Assembly: GCA_049840735.1 (NCBI GenBank)
Contig: JASGJN010000020.1
Location: 128,001 to 192,000 of the forward strand
Reading direction: 5' to 3'
Length of the DNA: 64,000 nt
DNA from: Anaeromyxobacter sp.
GTDB taxonomy: Bacteria; Myxococcota; Myxococcia; Myxococcales; Anaeromyxobacteraceae
Shown here: in pieces, positions 31,354 through 44,261 of the stretch
How the letters are laid out: each line of letters starts with the position of its first letter
Position numbering within the stretch: position 1 is the stretch's first letter
Notes under the pieces: model-generated
What the model was told of the DNA's origin: nothing
The model's input: the letters and a program-made list of their open reading frames with translations, nothing else
The model's database searches: none
Translations under genes and position numbers: made by a program

Positions 31354-32199
31354 CTATCCGCCGCCCTTGCGCCGGCGCTTGATCTCGGCCTCCGAGAGCA
31401 CCTGATGGACTGTCGGCCTCACCCCGGTGAGCCCCTGGACCACCGCCGCGGCGGCGGCCAGCCCGAAGGCGCCGGTCACGAAGGCGGCGCTCCCGAAGCA
31501 GCGCGGCTCCCGGCGCCGCTCCTCCGGCCCTCGCTTGGCCGTGCCGGGGATGCCCTCCTCGTCGCCCGGCAGCGCCTGGGTCTCCCGCGGCTCCTCCACC
31601 GACCAGACCGCCAGCGCGCCGGTGGGCGAGCTGGCGGAGATGCCGAAGCGGCGGCGAAGGTACTTGCGGACGTCCTTGGCCAGCTGGTCGGTGTGGCTCT
31701 CGGAGAGGTCGGTCACCTGCACGGCGGTCGGGTCCAGGCGGCGAGCCGCGCCCAGCGCCGTGACGATGGGGATGCGGAGCTCCAGGCAGCGGGAGATGAC
31801 GTGCAGCTTGGCCACCACCGTGTCCATGGCGTCGACCACGAAGGACACGCCCTCCGGCACCAGCGCCGCGGCGGTCTCCTCGTCGTAGAACGCTGGCACC
31901 GCCTCGATCACCGTGTCCGGGCTGGCACGGCGCAAGCGGGCGGCCATCTCCTCGGCCTTGAGCGCGCCGTAGGCGCCCGCCAGGGCGTGGAGCTGCCGGT
32001 TGGCGTTGGTCGGGTCGATGGCCTCGCCGTCCACCAGCGTGAGCCGCCCCACGCCGGCCCGGGCCAGCGCCTCGGCCGTGAAGGAACCCACGCCGCCGAT
32101 CCCCAGCACCACCACATGGGCGGCGCGCAGGCGGGCCATGGCCTCCAGGCCGAGCAGGCGGGCGGTGCGGTCGTGCTCTGGGGGAACGGGGCGCGCCAT
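31354..32199 (-). CDS. tcdA: ThiF-family tRNA threonylcarbamoyladenosine dehydratase
   Basis: LGIGGVGS..EALARAGVG, TNANRQLHAL, GAARRLDPT, FVTGAFGL. Confidence 0.85.
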   Translation of the reverse strand: MARPVPPEHDRTARLLGLEAMARLRAAHVVVLGIGGVGSFTAEALARAGVGRLTLVDGEAIDPTNANRQLHALAGAYGALKAEEMAARLRRASPDTVIEAVPAFYDEETAAALVPEGVSFVVDAMDTVVAKLHVISRCLELRIPIVTALGAARRLDPTAVQVTDLSESHTDQLAKDVRKYLRRRFGISASSPTGALAVWSVEEPRETQALPGDEEGIPGTAKRGPEERRREPRCFGSAAFVTGAFGLAAAAAVVQGLTGVRPTVHQVLSEAEIKRRRKGGG

Positions 32200-32240
32200 C
32201 GGCGCGGGTGTACACCGCCGGGCCGGCGGCGCTCAACCGC

Positions 32241-32597
32241 TCAGGCGCGCGCCAGCGCCTGCCCGCCCGGCGCGTAGTCGGTGTCCTCGCAGGAGCCGTC
32301 GGCGCGCCAGACCACCTTGTGGCGCAGGTGGCCGTCCTGCAGCACCTGCTCCTCGCTGACCGCGCCGCCGAACAGCCGCGGCTTGCGGTACCAGACGCGC
32401 CAGGTGATGTGCCGAGGGTCGTGCGCGTCGAGCTGCTCGCGGTCGATCTCCACCGCCGTGAACTGCCAGCGGAGCGCGTGCGGGACGTTGGAGATGCAGA
32501 CCGGGATGAAGCCGCCGTCGGGGCCGATCACCACCAGCCGGTGGAGCCACCAGGCGCGCAGGAACTCGTGGGGCGGCTGCTCGATCTGCCGGGTCAT
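32241..32597 (-). CDS. Hypothetical protein (118 aa, Trp-rich)
   Basis: GGAGG RBS, ATG, GC3-biased codons. Confidence 0.6.
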   Translation of the reverse strand: MTRQIEQPPHEFLRAWWLHRLVVIGPDGGFIPVCISNVPHALRWQFTAVEIDREQLDAHDPRHITWRVWYRKPRLFGGAVSEEQVLQDGHLRHKVVWRADGSCEDTDYAPGGQALARA

Positions 32598-32707
32598 GCT
32601 TCCTCCCGTCCGCACTGGCCTTCCACCCGCAGGCTGGCAGGGATGACGCAGCAAGACAAACCTCTTCGGAGGGCCCCGTGGGGCGGGGCCGGCACAACCC
32701 CGCAGTT

Positions 32708-33490
32708 CTACGGACCGTCCAGGCGGAAGAGCCGCCGGGCGTTGTCCGACGTCAAGCGGTCCACCTCCGCCGGAGGGAGCCCCAGCGCCGCGGCCAGCGC
32801 GTCGCGCACCTCGCCCAGGTAGGCCGGCTCGTTCCGGTCGCGGTGCGGGCGCGGGGTCTGGTCGGGGGCGTCCGTCTCGATGAGCAGCCGGTCCCGGGGC
32901 ACGGCGCGGGCGGCGGCGGGTCCCTTCCGCGCCCGCTCGTAGGTGAGCGGCCCGGCGAACGCGAAGTGGAGCCCCAGCGCGGCGAAGGGCGGCACCTGCT
33001 CGGCGCTGCCGGAGAAGCTGTGGAGCGCGCCGCCGGCCGGGAGCGGCTCCTGCTCGAGGAGCTGCAGCAGCGGCGGGAGCGCGTGCAGGGCATGGAGGCT
33101 TACGGGCAGCCGGTAGCGGCGGGCCAGCTGGAGCTGGCCGCGCAGCACCGCCACCTGCCGGTCCATGGGCGCGCCGGCCTCGACCGAGCCGCCGTCGAGC
33201 CCGCACTCGCCCACGCAGCGCGCGCCGCCGCGGAGCAGCGCGGCCTCGAGGTCGGCCAGGCGGCGGTCGTCGTCGCGCGGGTCCAGCTCGGGCAGGAGCT
33301 GCGGGTGCATGCCCAGGCCGAAGTGGACGCCGGGGGTGGCGAGGGCCCAGGCGCGGAGCGGCTCCCAGCCGGAGGGGCCGACGGCGGGGACGATCACGTC
33401 GGTCACGCCGGCGGCCTGCGCGCGGGCCCAGGCTGCGGCGCGGTCGGGGTGGAAGGCGGGGCCGTCGAGGTGGCAGTGGGTGTCGATCAC
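32708..33490 (-). CDS. TatD-family hydrolase
   Basis: IDTHCHL, VGECGLD, HSFSGS, LIETDAP. Confidence 0.92.
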   Translation of the reverse strand: MIDTHCHLDGPAFHPDRAAAWARAQAAGVTDVIVPAVGPSGWEPLRAWALATPGVHFGLGMHPQLLPELDPRDDDRRLADLEAALLRGGARCVGECGLDGGSVEAGAPMDRQVAVLRGQLQLARRYRLPVSLHALHALPPLLQLLEQEPLPAGGALHSFSGSAEQVPPFAALGLHFAFAGPLTYERARKGPAAARAVPRDRLLIETDAPDQTPRPHRDRNEPAYLGEVRDALAAALGLPPAEVDRLTSDNARRLFRLDGP

Positions 33491-33504
33491 CGGGCGGACC
33501 TCTC

Positions 33505-33554
33505 TCGCCCTTCGACTCCGGGCCGCTGCGCGGCCCTACGCTCAGGGCGAACGG
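33505..33554 (-). repeat. REP-like repeat, long form
   Basis: TCGCCCT-TCGACTCCG-GGCCGC-TGC-GCGGCC-CTACGCTC-AGGGCGAACGG. Confidence 0.87.
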
Positions 33555-33593
33555 GAGCATACGCCCGCGGCGACCCGGGGCGCGCCCGGGCGC

Positions 33594-34842
33594 CTACACC
33601 AGCTGCATGAACAGCAGGTTCGGATCCTCGAGGTACTTGATGACCTCGTACGCGAACGCCGCCGCCTCGTGGCCGTCCACCACGCGGTGGTCGCTGGTGA
33701 CCGAGACGTGCAGCACGTCGCGCACCACCACCTGGCCGTCGCGCACCACCGGCGTGGGCCGGATCCGGTGCACGCCCAGGATGCCGACCTCGGGGTGGTT
33801 GAGCACCGGGGTGGCGAAGAGGCCCCCCAGGGCGCCCAGGCTGGTGACGGTGAAGGTGGAGTGGCCCAGGTCCTCCGGGCGGGAGCGGCCGGCCTTGGAG
33901 TCGGACGAGAGCCGCTCGATTCTCGCGGGCCACGTCCAGCAGCGAGCGCTGGTCGGCGCCGCGGACCACCGGCACGATCAGCCCCTGCTCCGTGGCCGCG
34001 GCGATGCCGATGTCGTAGCGCTTCTTGAGGACGATCTCGCCCTTCTCCTCGTCCAGCGCGGCGTTGAGCTTGGGGTGCTTGCGGAGCGCAGCCACCACCG
34101 CCTTCACCACGAAGGGCAGGAAGGTGACCTTCACCCCCTCCCCCTTCGCAGCCGCGGCGATCCGCTCCTTCACCCGCACCAGCTCGGTCACGTCCACCTG
34201 CTCCACGAAGGTGAAGTGGGCGGCGGTCCGCTTGGAGCGGGCCATGTTCTCGGCGATGCGCTTGCGCAGCCCGCGCAGCGGGATCCGCTCCTCGGCGGCG
34301 GACGCCGGGCGGACCAGGTTGAGCGGCGGCGGGGCGGCGGGCGACTGCAGCGGCTGCGCCCCCCTGGCGTGGCCGTTGGTGCCGGCGCGCGCCGCCGTCA
34401 GGTCGTCCTTGGTGACGCGGCCGCCCGGGCCGGACCCTGCCACGTCCTGCAGGTCCACGCCCAGCTCGCGCGCCAGGGCGCGGACCGCCGGCGTGGCCAG
34501 CGCCTTCTGGCCGGGCGCGCGCGGCGCGGCCGCCTGCTGGGGCGCGGGAGGCTGCGCGGCCGGTGCCGCCGGCGCGGAGTGCGCCTCGGCGGCGGGCGCC
34601 GCCCCCTCCAGCTCCAGCTCGATGAGCGGTGAGTGGACCTTGGCCACCTCGCCCACCTTCCAGAAGAGCTTCACCACCTTGCCGCGCCGGGGCGAGGGGA
34701 TCGTGACCGTGGCCTTGTCGGTCATGACCTCGACCAGCGGCTGGTCCTCAGCCACCTGGTCGCCCGGCTGGACGAACCACTGCTGGACCTCCGCCTCGAC
34801 CACGCCCTCGCCGATGTCGGGGAGCTCGAGCTTGAAGGACAT
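33594..34842 (-). CDS. 2-oxoacid dehydrogenase E2 (dihydrolipoamide acyltransferase); +1 frameshift at about 33920
   Basis: Lipoyl domain EVMTDKA, ATPAVRALARE subunit-binding domain, catalytic DHRVVDG. Confidence 0.92.
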
Positions 34843-34861
34843 GCGAAGACTCCTCGGGAGG

Positions 34862-35836
34862 CTAGTAGGCGATGACCTCGCGGATGGCCTGCAGGATGCG
34901 CGGCGCCCGCGGCAGGTACTCGTTCTCGAGCGTGTACGGGAAGGGCGTGTCGAACCCGGTGACGCGCCGGACCGGCGCCTCCAGGTGCAGGAAGCAGCGC
35001 TCCTGGATGAGCGCGGCCAGCTCGGCGCCGAAGCCGCAGGTGCGCGGGGCCTCGTGGACCACCACCGCCCGGCCGGTCTTCGAGACCGAGGCCGTGATGG
35101 CGTCCACGTCCAGCGGCTGGAGCGAGCGCAGGTCGACCACCTCGCAGTCGATGCCGTCCGCCTCGGCCTCCTGGGCGGCCTGCGCCGCCTCGTGCCACAT
35201 GGCGCCCCAGGCCAGCACCGTCACCTGCGTCCCCTCGCGCGTCACGCGGGCCTTGCCGATGGGCTCCAGGTACTCGCCCTCGGGGACCTCGCCCTTGGCG
35301 GCGCGGTAGATGCGCTTCGGCTCGAAGAAGAGCACCGGGTCCGGATTGCGGAGCGCGGAGAGCAGGAGCCCCTTGGCGTCGCGCGGCGTGGCCGGCACCA
35401 CCACCTTGAGGCCGGCGGTGTGCAGGAAGTGGGTCTCGGGCGACTGCGAGTGGTAGTGGCCGCCCTTGATGCCGCCGCCGTAGGGCGTGCGGATCACCAT
35501 CCCGCAGCCGTACTGGCCGCCCGAGCGGTAGCGGTACTTGGCCACCTCGCTCAGGATCTGGTCCATGGCCGGGAAGATGAAGTCGGCGAACTGGATCTCC
35601 GCCACCGGCTTCATGCCGTAGAGCGCCATCCCGATGGCCGTGCCGATGATGCCGCCCTCGGCCAGCGGCGTGTCGATGACGCGCTCCAGCCCGAACTCCT
35701 CGCCCAGCCCCTGCGTGGCGCGGAAGACGCCGCCGAACTTGCCGACGTCCTCGCCCAGCACCACCACGTCGGGGTTGCGGCGCATCTCGAGCTTCAGCGC
35801 GTCGTTGACCGCCTGGATGATGTTCATCGTGGCCAT
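34862..35836 (-). CDS. 2-oxoacid dehydrogenase E1 beta (branched-chain type likely)
   Basis: GEDVGKFGGVFRAT, EIQFADF, GGHYHSQSPE, VVVHEA. Confidence 0.93.
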   Translation of the reverse strand: MATMNIIQAVNDALKLEMRRNPDVVVLGEDVGKFGGVFRATQGLGEEFGLERVIDTPLAEGGIIGTAIGMALYGMKPVAEIQFADFIFPAMDQILSEVAKYRYRSGGQYGCGMVIRTPYGGGIKGGHYHSQSPETHFLHTAGLKVVVPATPRDAKGLLLSALRNPDPVLFFEPKRIYRAAKGEVPEGEYLEPIGKARVTREGTQVTVLAWGAMWHEAAQAAQEAEADGIDCEVVDLRSLQPLDVDAITASVSKTGRAVVVHEAPRTCGFGAELAALIQERCFLHLEAPVRRVTGFDTPFPYTLENEYLPRAPRILQAIREVIAY

Positions 35837-35843
35837 GCGCGCC

Positions 35844-37034
35844 TCAGGTGCCGGAGTGGCGCGGGTTGCCCACGCGCGGATCGGCCGCCAGGGCCTGGCG
35901 CAGCTCGTCCAGCTGCTCGCGTTGCTGCCAGAGCGGCTCGGCGTACACGTCCTCGAAGAGCGACTCCAGCGGCGGCTTGGCCGGGTGGGCCTCCGCCTCC
36001 TTGAGCGCGCGCTGCAGCTCCTCGCGCACGCCCTCCTTCAGCTGCGCGTCGGCCGCGTCGTCCAGCAGGCTGCGCCGGGCCAGGTGGCGGCGCAGCCGCA
36101 GGATGGGGTCCTTCTTCTTCCACGGCTCGACCAGCTCGGCCGGGCGGTAGGCGCGCGGGTCGTCGGAGGTGGAGTGGCCCTCGACGCGGTAGGTGACGCA
36201 CTCGAGCAGCGTGGGCCCCTCCCCCGCCGCGGCGCGCGCGCGGGCCTCGCGGGTGGCCTGCAGGACCGCCAGCAGGTCGTTCCCGTCCACCCGCTCGCCG
36301 CGCATCCCGTAGGCCACCGCCTTCTGCGCGATGGTCTCGGAGGCGGTCTGCCGCTCGCGCGGCATGCTGATGGCCCAGCCGTTGTTGCGGCAGACGAAGA
36401 CCACCGGGATGCGGTTCACCGCGGCGAAGTTGAGGCCGGTGTGGAAGTCGTGGGCGCTGGTGGCGCCCTCGCCGAAGTAGGTCAGCGCCACCATCTCGTC
36501 GCCGCGCAGCCGCGCGGCCCAGGCGGCGCCCACCGCCTGGCTCACCTGCGTGGCGATGGGCGAGCTGATGGAGGTGAAGTGCCCGTCCTTCCAGGCCTCG
36601 TGGCAGGGCATCTGCCGGCCCTTGATCAGGTCGCCGGCGTTGCCGAACAGGTCGCACAGGAAGGTGGGCAGCGGCAGCCCCCGCATCAGCGCCGCGCCGT
36701 GCTCGCGGTAGCAGGGGAAGATCCAGTCGGTCGGGGCCATGGCGGCCACGGTCCCGTAGACGGTGGCCTCCTCGCCGATGGCGCCGATGTAGAAGCCGAT
36801 GCGGCCCTGGCGCTGGAGCGTGATCATCCGCTCGTCCAGCGCCCGCCCCAGCAGCATCCAGCGGTACAGCGCCAGCGCCTCGGCGTCCGGGAGCAGCGCG
36901 GCCGCGCCCTCGGCCTGGCCGTCGTCGCCCAGCACCACCCGGAGCGGGAACTCGCGCGCCCACCGGCCCTCGGCCTCGACGCCGCCGCCGCGGCCCAGCC
37001 GGCGTACCGGCCCGGCCTCATCCTCTCGACGCAT
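35844..37034 (-). CDS. 2-oxoacid dehydrogenase E1 alpha
   Basis: [13 protein letters not shown] motif [29 protein letters not shown]. Confidence 0.93.
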   Translation of the reverse strand: MRREDEAGPVRRLGRGGGVEAEGRWAREFPLRVVLGDDGQAEGAAALLPDAEALALYRWMLLGRALDERMITLQRQGRIGFYIGAIGEEATVYGTVAAMAPTDWIFPCYREHGAALMRGLPLPTFLCDLFGNAGDLIKGRQMPCHEAWKDGHFTSISSPIATQVSQAVGAAWAARLRGDEMVALTYFGEGATSAHDFHTGLNFAAVNRIPVVFVCRNNGWAISMPRERQTASETIAQKAVAYGMRGERVDGNDLLAVLQATREARARAAAGEGPTLLECVTYRVEGHSTSDDPRAYRPAELVEPWKKKDPILRLRRHLARRSLLDDAADAQLKEGVREELQRALKEAEAHPAKPPLESLFEDVYAEPLWQQREQLDELRQALAADPRVGNPRHSGT

Positions 37035-37051
37035 GCCGCCCTCCGCCGCGC

Positions 37052-38042
37052 TCACCGGGCCACCCTCGCCTCGATCTCGCCCCGCAGGAACAGCTCCGCC
37101 GCCCGGTACGACGAGCGGACCAGCGGCCCGCTCGCGACGTACCGGAACCCGTGCGCCAGGCCGCGCTCGCGGTAGGCCGCGAACCGCTCCGGCGAGATCC
37201 ACTCCACCACCGGCAGGTGCCAGGCGCTGGGGCGCAGGTACTGCCCCAGCGTGAGGATCTCCACCCCGTGCGCGCGGAGGTCCGCCATGGCCTCGTCCAC
37301 CTCGGCCTCGGTTCTCGCCCAGCCCGACCATGATCGAGGACTTGGTCACCACCTGCGGGAACTCGCGCTTCATCTGCTCCAGCACGCGCAGCGTCTGGTC
37401 GTACGACGCCTTCGCGTCGCGGACCACCGGCGTGAGCCGCCGCACGGTCTCGAGGTTGTTCGCGAAGACGTCCGGCGCGGCGCGGCCCACGGTCCGGACG
37501 GCCTCGGCGTCGCCCTGGAAGTCCGGGGTCAGCACCTCGACCAGCAGCCCGGGGATGGCCTTCAGCCGGCGGATGGCGTCGGCGAAGTGGCCCGCCCCGC
37601 CGTCCGGCAGGTCGTCGCGATCGACGCTGGTGACCACCAGGTAGTCGAGCCCCAGCTCCGCCACGGCCTCGGCCAGGTGGCGCGGCTCGTCCGGATCGAG
37701 CGGCGGCGGCCGGGCCGCGGTCTTCACGTGGCAGAAGCGGCACCCGCGCGTGCAGGTGTCGCCCATCAGCATGACCGTGGCGGTCCCGCCGCCCCAGCAC
37801 TCGGCGACGTTCGGGCAGCGGGCCTCGGCGCAGACGGTGTGGAGCTTGAGCCCCTGCAGCGTGTCGCGGACGCGCTGGTAGCGCTCGCCGCCCGGCACGC
37901 CCACCCGGAGCCAGCCGGGCTTCTTGGCGTCCATGGGCAGCCCGCGCTCCCTCATGGCGGCCGCGATGTCGCGGCGGCTGGAGGGCTCGGGGCCCGGCCC
38001 CTGCTGGACGATGGGCAGGCTGGTGCGCGTGGTCGCTGACAT
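37052..38042 (-). CDS. lipA: Lipoyl synthase; +1 frameshift at about 37312
   Basis: [12 protein letters not shown] and CTRGCRFC clusters, [23 protein letters not shown]. Confidence 0.95.
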
Positions 38043-38214
38043 GGTGGCCGCCGCCGATGTAGCGGTGACGGCGGGCTGGGTCAAGCGAGCCCGCTCGCCT
38101 GCGCCCTCTTCGCCTGACGCACCCAGACGCACACGGGCCGCGTGGTATAGTGCGCCGTCCCGCAGGGGTGGCGGCGCTGTCACCCAGCGGCAACAGACCT
38201 CTGGCCCGCCCGAC

Positions 38215-39291
38215 ATGCCGGATACCCCCTCGCCGAACGCCACCCGCGTCCTGATCGTCGATGACGATCCCTCCGTCCGCGACGTCATCGCGGTGCTGCT
38301 GCGCGAGGCCGGATACGTCTGCTCCTCGGTGGCCGGAGCGGAGGCCGCGCTCGACGCGGCGCGTCTCTCCGAGTACCCGCTGGTGATCAGCGACGTGCGC
38401 ATGCCTGGGCGTGACGGGCGCTGGCTCCTGGAGCGGCTCCGCGAGGAGCACCCGGACACTGCCGTGATCATGCTCACCGGCTTCGGCGACACCGAGGCCG
38501 CGGTCGAGTGCCTGCGCACCGGCGCCGCCGACTACCTGCTCAAGCCACCCAAGGTCACCGACCTGGTGCGGGCCATCGAGCGGGCCCTCGGGCGGCGGCG
38601 GCTCGACCTGGCGCGCCAGCGGTACCGGCGCAGCCTCGAGGACCGGGTCCGCGAGAAGACCGCCGAGCTGTCGCGCACGCTGCTCGATCTGGAGGCCACC
38701 TACAGCCAGACGCTGCTGACGCTGGTGGCCGCGCTCGACGCGCGCGAGCACGAGACCAGCGACCACTCGCAGCGGGTGGTCCGGTACACGCTGGCCATCG
38801 CGCGGCGGCTGGGGCTGCCCGAGGCCGACCTGCCCGACCTGGGGCGCGGGGCGCTGCTGCACGACATCGGCAAGATCGGCGTGCCCGACGCGATCCTGCT
38901 CAAGCCCGACCGGCTCACCCAGGAGGAATGGACCGAGATGCGGAAGCACCCGCAGGTCGGCTTCAACATCCTGCAGTCGGTCTCCTTCCTGACCAGGCCT
39001 GCCGAGATGGTGCTGGCCCACCAGGAGCGCTGGGACGGCAGCGGCTACCCGCGCGGCCTGGCCGGCGAGGAGATCCCGCTCTTCGCCCGAATCTTCGCCC
39101 TCGCGGACACCTACGACGCCATGACCAGCGACCGCCCCTACCGCAAGGGGCTGCCCATCGCCGCGGCGCGCGCCGAGGTGCTCCGCTGCGCCGGCACGCA
39201 GTTCGACCCGCGCTGCGCCGAGGCCTTCCTCTCGCTGCCGGACGGGCTGCTGCAGGAGCTGGCGCGCGCGGGCGGGATGCCGAAGCTGTAG
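38215..39291 (+). CDS. Response regulator with HD-GYP phosphodiesterase domain
   Basis: REC (VDDD, SDVRMP, LLKP) plus [23 protein letters not shown]. Confidence 0.92.
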   Translation: MPDTPSPNATRVLIVDDDPSVRDVIAVLLREAGYVCSSVAGAEAALDAARLSEYPLVISDVRMPGRDGRWLLERLREEHPDTAVIMLTGFGDTEAAVECLRTGAADYLLKPPKVTDLVRAIERALGRRRLDLARQRYRRSLEDRVREKTAELSRTLLDLEATYSQTLLTLVAALDAREHETSDHSQRVVRYTLAIARRLGLPEADLPDLGRGALLHDIGKIGVPDAILLKPDRLTQEEWTEMRKHPQVGFNILQSVSFLTRPAEMVLAHQERWDGSGYPRGLAGEEIPLFARIFALADTYDAMTSDRPYRKGLPIAAARAEVLRCAGTQFDPRCAEAFLSLPDGLLQELARAGGMPKL

Positions 39292-39306
39292 CCGCGCTCG
39301 GCGCCT

Positions 39307-39439
39307 GGCCTTCGACTCCGTTCACCCTGAGCGTAGCGCCCGCGCAGCGGGAGCGGAGTCGAAGGGCTCAGGCCGAACGGTGGCATGGCCCGTTCGCCCT
39401 GAGCGTAGCCGCGGCAACGCCGCGGCGAAGTCGAAGGGC
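39307..39439. repeat. Nested REP-like unit (39307-39380) and long unit (39390-39439)
   Basis: GGCCTTCGACTCCGTTCA[CCCTGAGCGTAG..CGGAGTCGAAGGG]CTCAGGCCGAACGG; CCGTTCGCCCTGAGCGTAG-CCGCGGC-AAC-GCCGCGG-CGAAGTCGAAGGGC. Confidence 0.88.
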
Positions 39440-39449
39440 AGGGCCCCGC

Positions 39450-40439
39450 TCACGCCGCCAGCGCGAACCGCAGCTCCGGCGTCATCTCCCCCGGGCGCCC
39501 GTCGCCGGCCAGGAAGCGCACGTCGAGCGCCCGCGCCTCCAGGTCGTAGACGCCGCGCCAGAGCGGGCGCACGCCCGGGACCGCGGCCAGCGCCAGCGCC
39601 CAGGCCGCGTCGAGGGCCGCCGCCGTCCAGCCGCGCACGCCCGCCGCCAGCGCCGACCGGAGCGCCCGCAGCGCACAATCCGTGAAGAGCAGCGGCGCGT
39701 CCGGCGCCTCCGGCCGGTGCGCCGTGGCGCCCGAGGCGGTCCGCTCCACCGCCAGCGCAGCGCCGCCGCGATCGGCCACGATCCAGCGCCCGCAGGCGGC
39801 GCCCGGCGGCGCCGCCGCCAGCAGCTCCCCCGCCTCCTCGGCGGTGCGGCAGCCGTCCAGCACCACCCGCGCCAGCTGCAGGCCGTCCAGCGGCGGCCGC
39901 CCGCCCGGCGGGTCCTCGCCGGGCACCGCCACCACGCCCAGCCCGGCCGCGTTGATCCCGTCCAGCACGCCGCCCAGCAGGTCGAAGGCCACCAGCGCCA
40001 GCGAGGGCAGCCCCTGGTCCGGATGGAGCTCCAGCAGGTAGGGGCGCGACGACGAGAGCGGCAGCGGGCCCTCCCCCTCCGGCGCCTCCAGCACGCGGGC
40101 CAAGAGCGGCCCGCCCGCCGTGGTCAGCGCGGCCGGGACGAAGGCGGCGGCCCCGGGGCCCACCTTCACCGGCGCGCCCAGCCGCGAGAGGAGCGCCCCG
40201 GGCCCGGCCGCCCCGCGGACCCGCTCCACCAGGGCGGCGGCGCGGCTGATCAGCCAGGCCCCGGCCTCCAGCGGCGCCTCCACCGGCGCGGGCGGGACGC
40301 CATAGCGTCCCCGCGCCAGCTCAGCCAGGTGACGACCGATCTGCCGGTCGGTCCCCCGCAGGCTCAGGTGGTGCACCAGCACCTCGTCCCGGCTCCGCCC
40401 GCCGCCGCTGACAATCCGTTCCTCGACGCGCAGCGCCAT
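39450..40439 (-). CDS. Divergent C45/Ntn-hydrolase-like protein
   Basis: HLSLRGTDRQIG, LDGINAAGL, RVVLDGCRTAEEA, IVADRGG. Confidence 0.55.
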   Translation of the reverse strand: MALRVEERIVSGGGRSRDEVLVHHLSLRGTDRQIGRHLAELARGRYGVPPAPVEAPLEAGAWLISRAAALVERVRGAAGPGALLSRLGAPVKVGPGAAAFVPAALTTAGGPLLARVLEAPEGEGPLPLSSSRPYLLELHPDQGLPSLALVAFDLLGGVLDGINAAGLGVVAVPGEDPPGGRPPLDGLQLARVVLDGCRTAEEAGELLAAAPPGAACGRWIVADRGGAALAVERTASGATAHRPEAPDAPLLFTDCALRALRSALAAGVRGWTAAALDAAWALALAAVPGVRPLWRGVYDLEARALDVRFLAGDGRPGEMTPELRFALAA

Positions 40440-40562
40440 CTCGTGCTCCCGCGGCCCGGAGGGCCGGTCCGCCTGGGTGGAAGGGGAGCTTGAGACACGA
40501 CGACCCGCGCGGAAAGATCCGCGCGGGTCGCTGTACCGACCTGGGATGATCGGCGTGACGCG

Positions 40563-40982
40563 CTACGCCGCAGCGGCGCGCGGGTGCACGTTGGTCTTGA
40601 TCCACTCGATGGTGGTGCCGGTCGGCGTGCCGGGCAGGAACACCGCCGCGACGCCCTTCTCCTGCAGCCGGGGCACGTCGTCCTGCGGGATGATGCCGCC
40701 GCCGAAGACCACGATGTCGCCGGCGCCCTTCTCCTTGAGCAGCTCGATGACGGCCGGGAAGACCGTCATGTGCGCGCCGGAGAGGATGGACATGCCGATC
40801 GCGTCGGCGTCCTCCTGGATGGCGGTCGCGACGATCATCTCCGGCGTCTGGTGCAGGCCGGTGTAGATCACCTCGAAGCCGGCGTCGCGGAGCGCGCGGG
40901 CGATGATCTTGGCGCCGCGGTCATGGCCATCCAGGCCGGGCTTCGCGACGACGATACGCAGGGGACGATCTTTCGCGGTCAT
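40563..40982 (-). CDS. Methylmalonyl-CoA mutase, B12-binding subunit
   Basis: [28 protein letters not shown]. Confidence 0.94.
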   Translation of the reverse strand: MTAKDRPLRIVVAKPGLDGHDRGAKIIARALRDAGFEVIYTGLHQTPEMIVATAIQEDADAIGMSILSGAHMTVFPAVIELLKEKGAGDIVVFGGGIIPQDDVPRLQEKGVAAVFLPGTPTGTTIEWIKTNVHPRAAAA

Positions 40983-41752
40983 GTCGGCTTCTCCAGCACG
41001 GCCACCAGGTCCGGCGCTTCGGCGCCGGGGTCCGGACACGAGGTCCGCCCCGCGTCCGTGGTGCTCGTGATCTGCACGATGCGGAGTCCCGCCGCTCCAG
41101 CCAGCGGGCGCCACTCGGCGGGGCTGTAGTACCGCAACTCGGCGGTGGCCGCCAGCACAGGACGCCCCGGAAGGATCAAGCGGCGGTGAGCGCGCTCCAC
41201 CCCGCTGGCGGGATCGAACTCCGCTTCCTCCTGGACTATCCCTCCGCCGGGCAGCGTCCGGTGCGCGGTCTCGCGCGGGTGGAGCGCCAGCGCCAACGGG
41301 TTGGCGTGGTGCACGAGCGCGCGCCCGCCCGGCCGCAGCACGCGCGCCAGCTCACGCAGGCACGCCAGGTTCGAGGTGTCGTCGAACATGAACAGCGCCG
41401 CGTACCAGGACCAGGCGGCGTCGAGGCTGGCGCTGCGGAGCGGCAGGTCGCGCACGTCTCCCTGCACCCAGTGCGGCGCCGGGCCGCGGCCCGCGGGCGC
41501 GCGCTGGCCCAGCCGCAGATACGGACCGGACCGGTCCAGTGCGACGATTTCACGCACCCGCGGCGCGAGTTGCAGGGCGTGCCGGCCGTGGCCGCAGGCG
41601 AGATCCAGGCAGCGATCGGTGGAGCCGAGCGAGAGCACCCGCGCGATGAGCTCGGCCTCGAGCGCGGAGAGCCGCGGCGTGAGCAGGTCCCGCACCGAGG
41701 CGAGGTAGAGCTCGCCGTAGTAGCCGTCCGACCAGTGGGGCGCGCCGTCCAC
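40979..41752 (-). CDS. Class I SAM-dependent methyltransferase
   Basis: [26 protein letters not shown]. Confidence 0.88.
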   Translation of the reverse strand: MDGAPHWSDGYYGELYLASVRDLLTPRLSALEAELIARVLSLGSTDRCLDLACGHGRHALQLAPRVREIVALDRSGPYLRLGQRAPAGRGPAPHWVQGDVRDLPLRSASLDAAWSWYAALFMFDDTSNLACLRELARVLRPGGRALVHHANPLALALHPRETAHRTLPGGGIVQEEAEFDPASGVERAHRRLILPGRPVLAATAELRYYSPAEWRPLAGAAGLRIVQITSTTDAGRTSCPDPGAEAPDLVAVLEKPT

Positions 41753-41811
41753 GGCGCTAGTCTACGCCCGCGCGGCGCGCGCGGGGTCCTCGGCCGCGGG
41801 GTGGCGCCCGG

Positions 41812-43608
<1,797 letters not shown>

Positions 43609-43752
43609 GGCGCTCCCCTCGCGACTGATTCGGTGCCGCGATTAACCTGCGCGCCGGCGCGCGGCCAGGCGCGCCGCAGGTCCGCGCCGGGGCGCCCGCA
43701 CCACCGGGGTATACTCCCGGGGCTTCCGGCCCCACGCCCACAGGAGCCCACC

Positions 43753-44250
43753 ATGCCCTGGCGCATCGCCCTCGCCGCCGCCCTGCTCTCGCTCCCGTCC
43801 GCGGCGCTCGCCCAGGACCCCTGCTCCGAGGCCATGGCCAGCCTCTGCCCGCGCTCGCGCGGCGACCTGGTCCTGATGGACTGCTTCAGCCTCCACCGGC
43901 AGGAGCTGGACAAGGCCTGCCCCGGCGATTTCCAGGCGGTGCTGGCCCGGGCCGAGAAGATTGGCCAGGGGTGCAAGGCCGACGTGGAGAAGCTCTGCAA
44001 GGATGTCACCCCCGGTGACGGGCGGGTGGCCTACTGCCTGAAGCAGCACGAGAGCGAGCTCTCCAGCTCCTGCCAGGACGGGTTCAACACCTGGCGGATG
44101 ATGCGCATGGAGCTGACCTCGGCCTGCGCCGGCGACATCGCCCAGCTCTGCCAGGACGTGCCTGCGGGCAGCGGGCGGGTCTGGAGCTGCCTCAAGGCCA
44201 GCGAGGCCAAGCTGGGCGGCGGCTGCCGGGACGCGGTGAAGAAGCTCTAG
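43753..44250 (+). CDS. Secreted cysteine-rich repeat protein
   Basis: Signal peptide; three repeats C..D...(L)C..V.PG.GR...CL......LS..C; AGGAG RBS. Confidence 0.8.
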   Translation: MPWRIALAAALLSLPSAALAQDPCSEAMASLCPRSRGDLVLMDCFSLHRQELDKACPGDFQAVLARAEKIGQGCKADVEKLCKDVTPGDGRVAYCLKQHESELSSSCQDGFNTWRMMRMELTSACAGDIAQLCQDVPAGSGRVWSCLKASEAKLGGGCRDAVKKL

Positions 44251-44261
44251 CCTGGGCCGCC

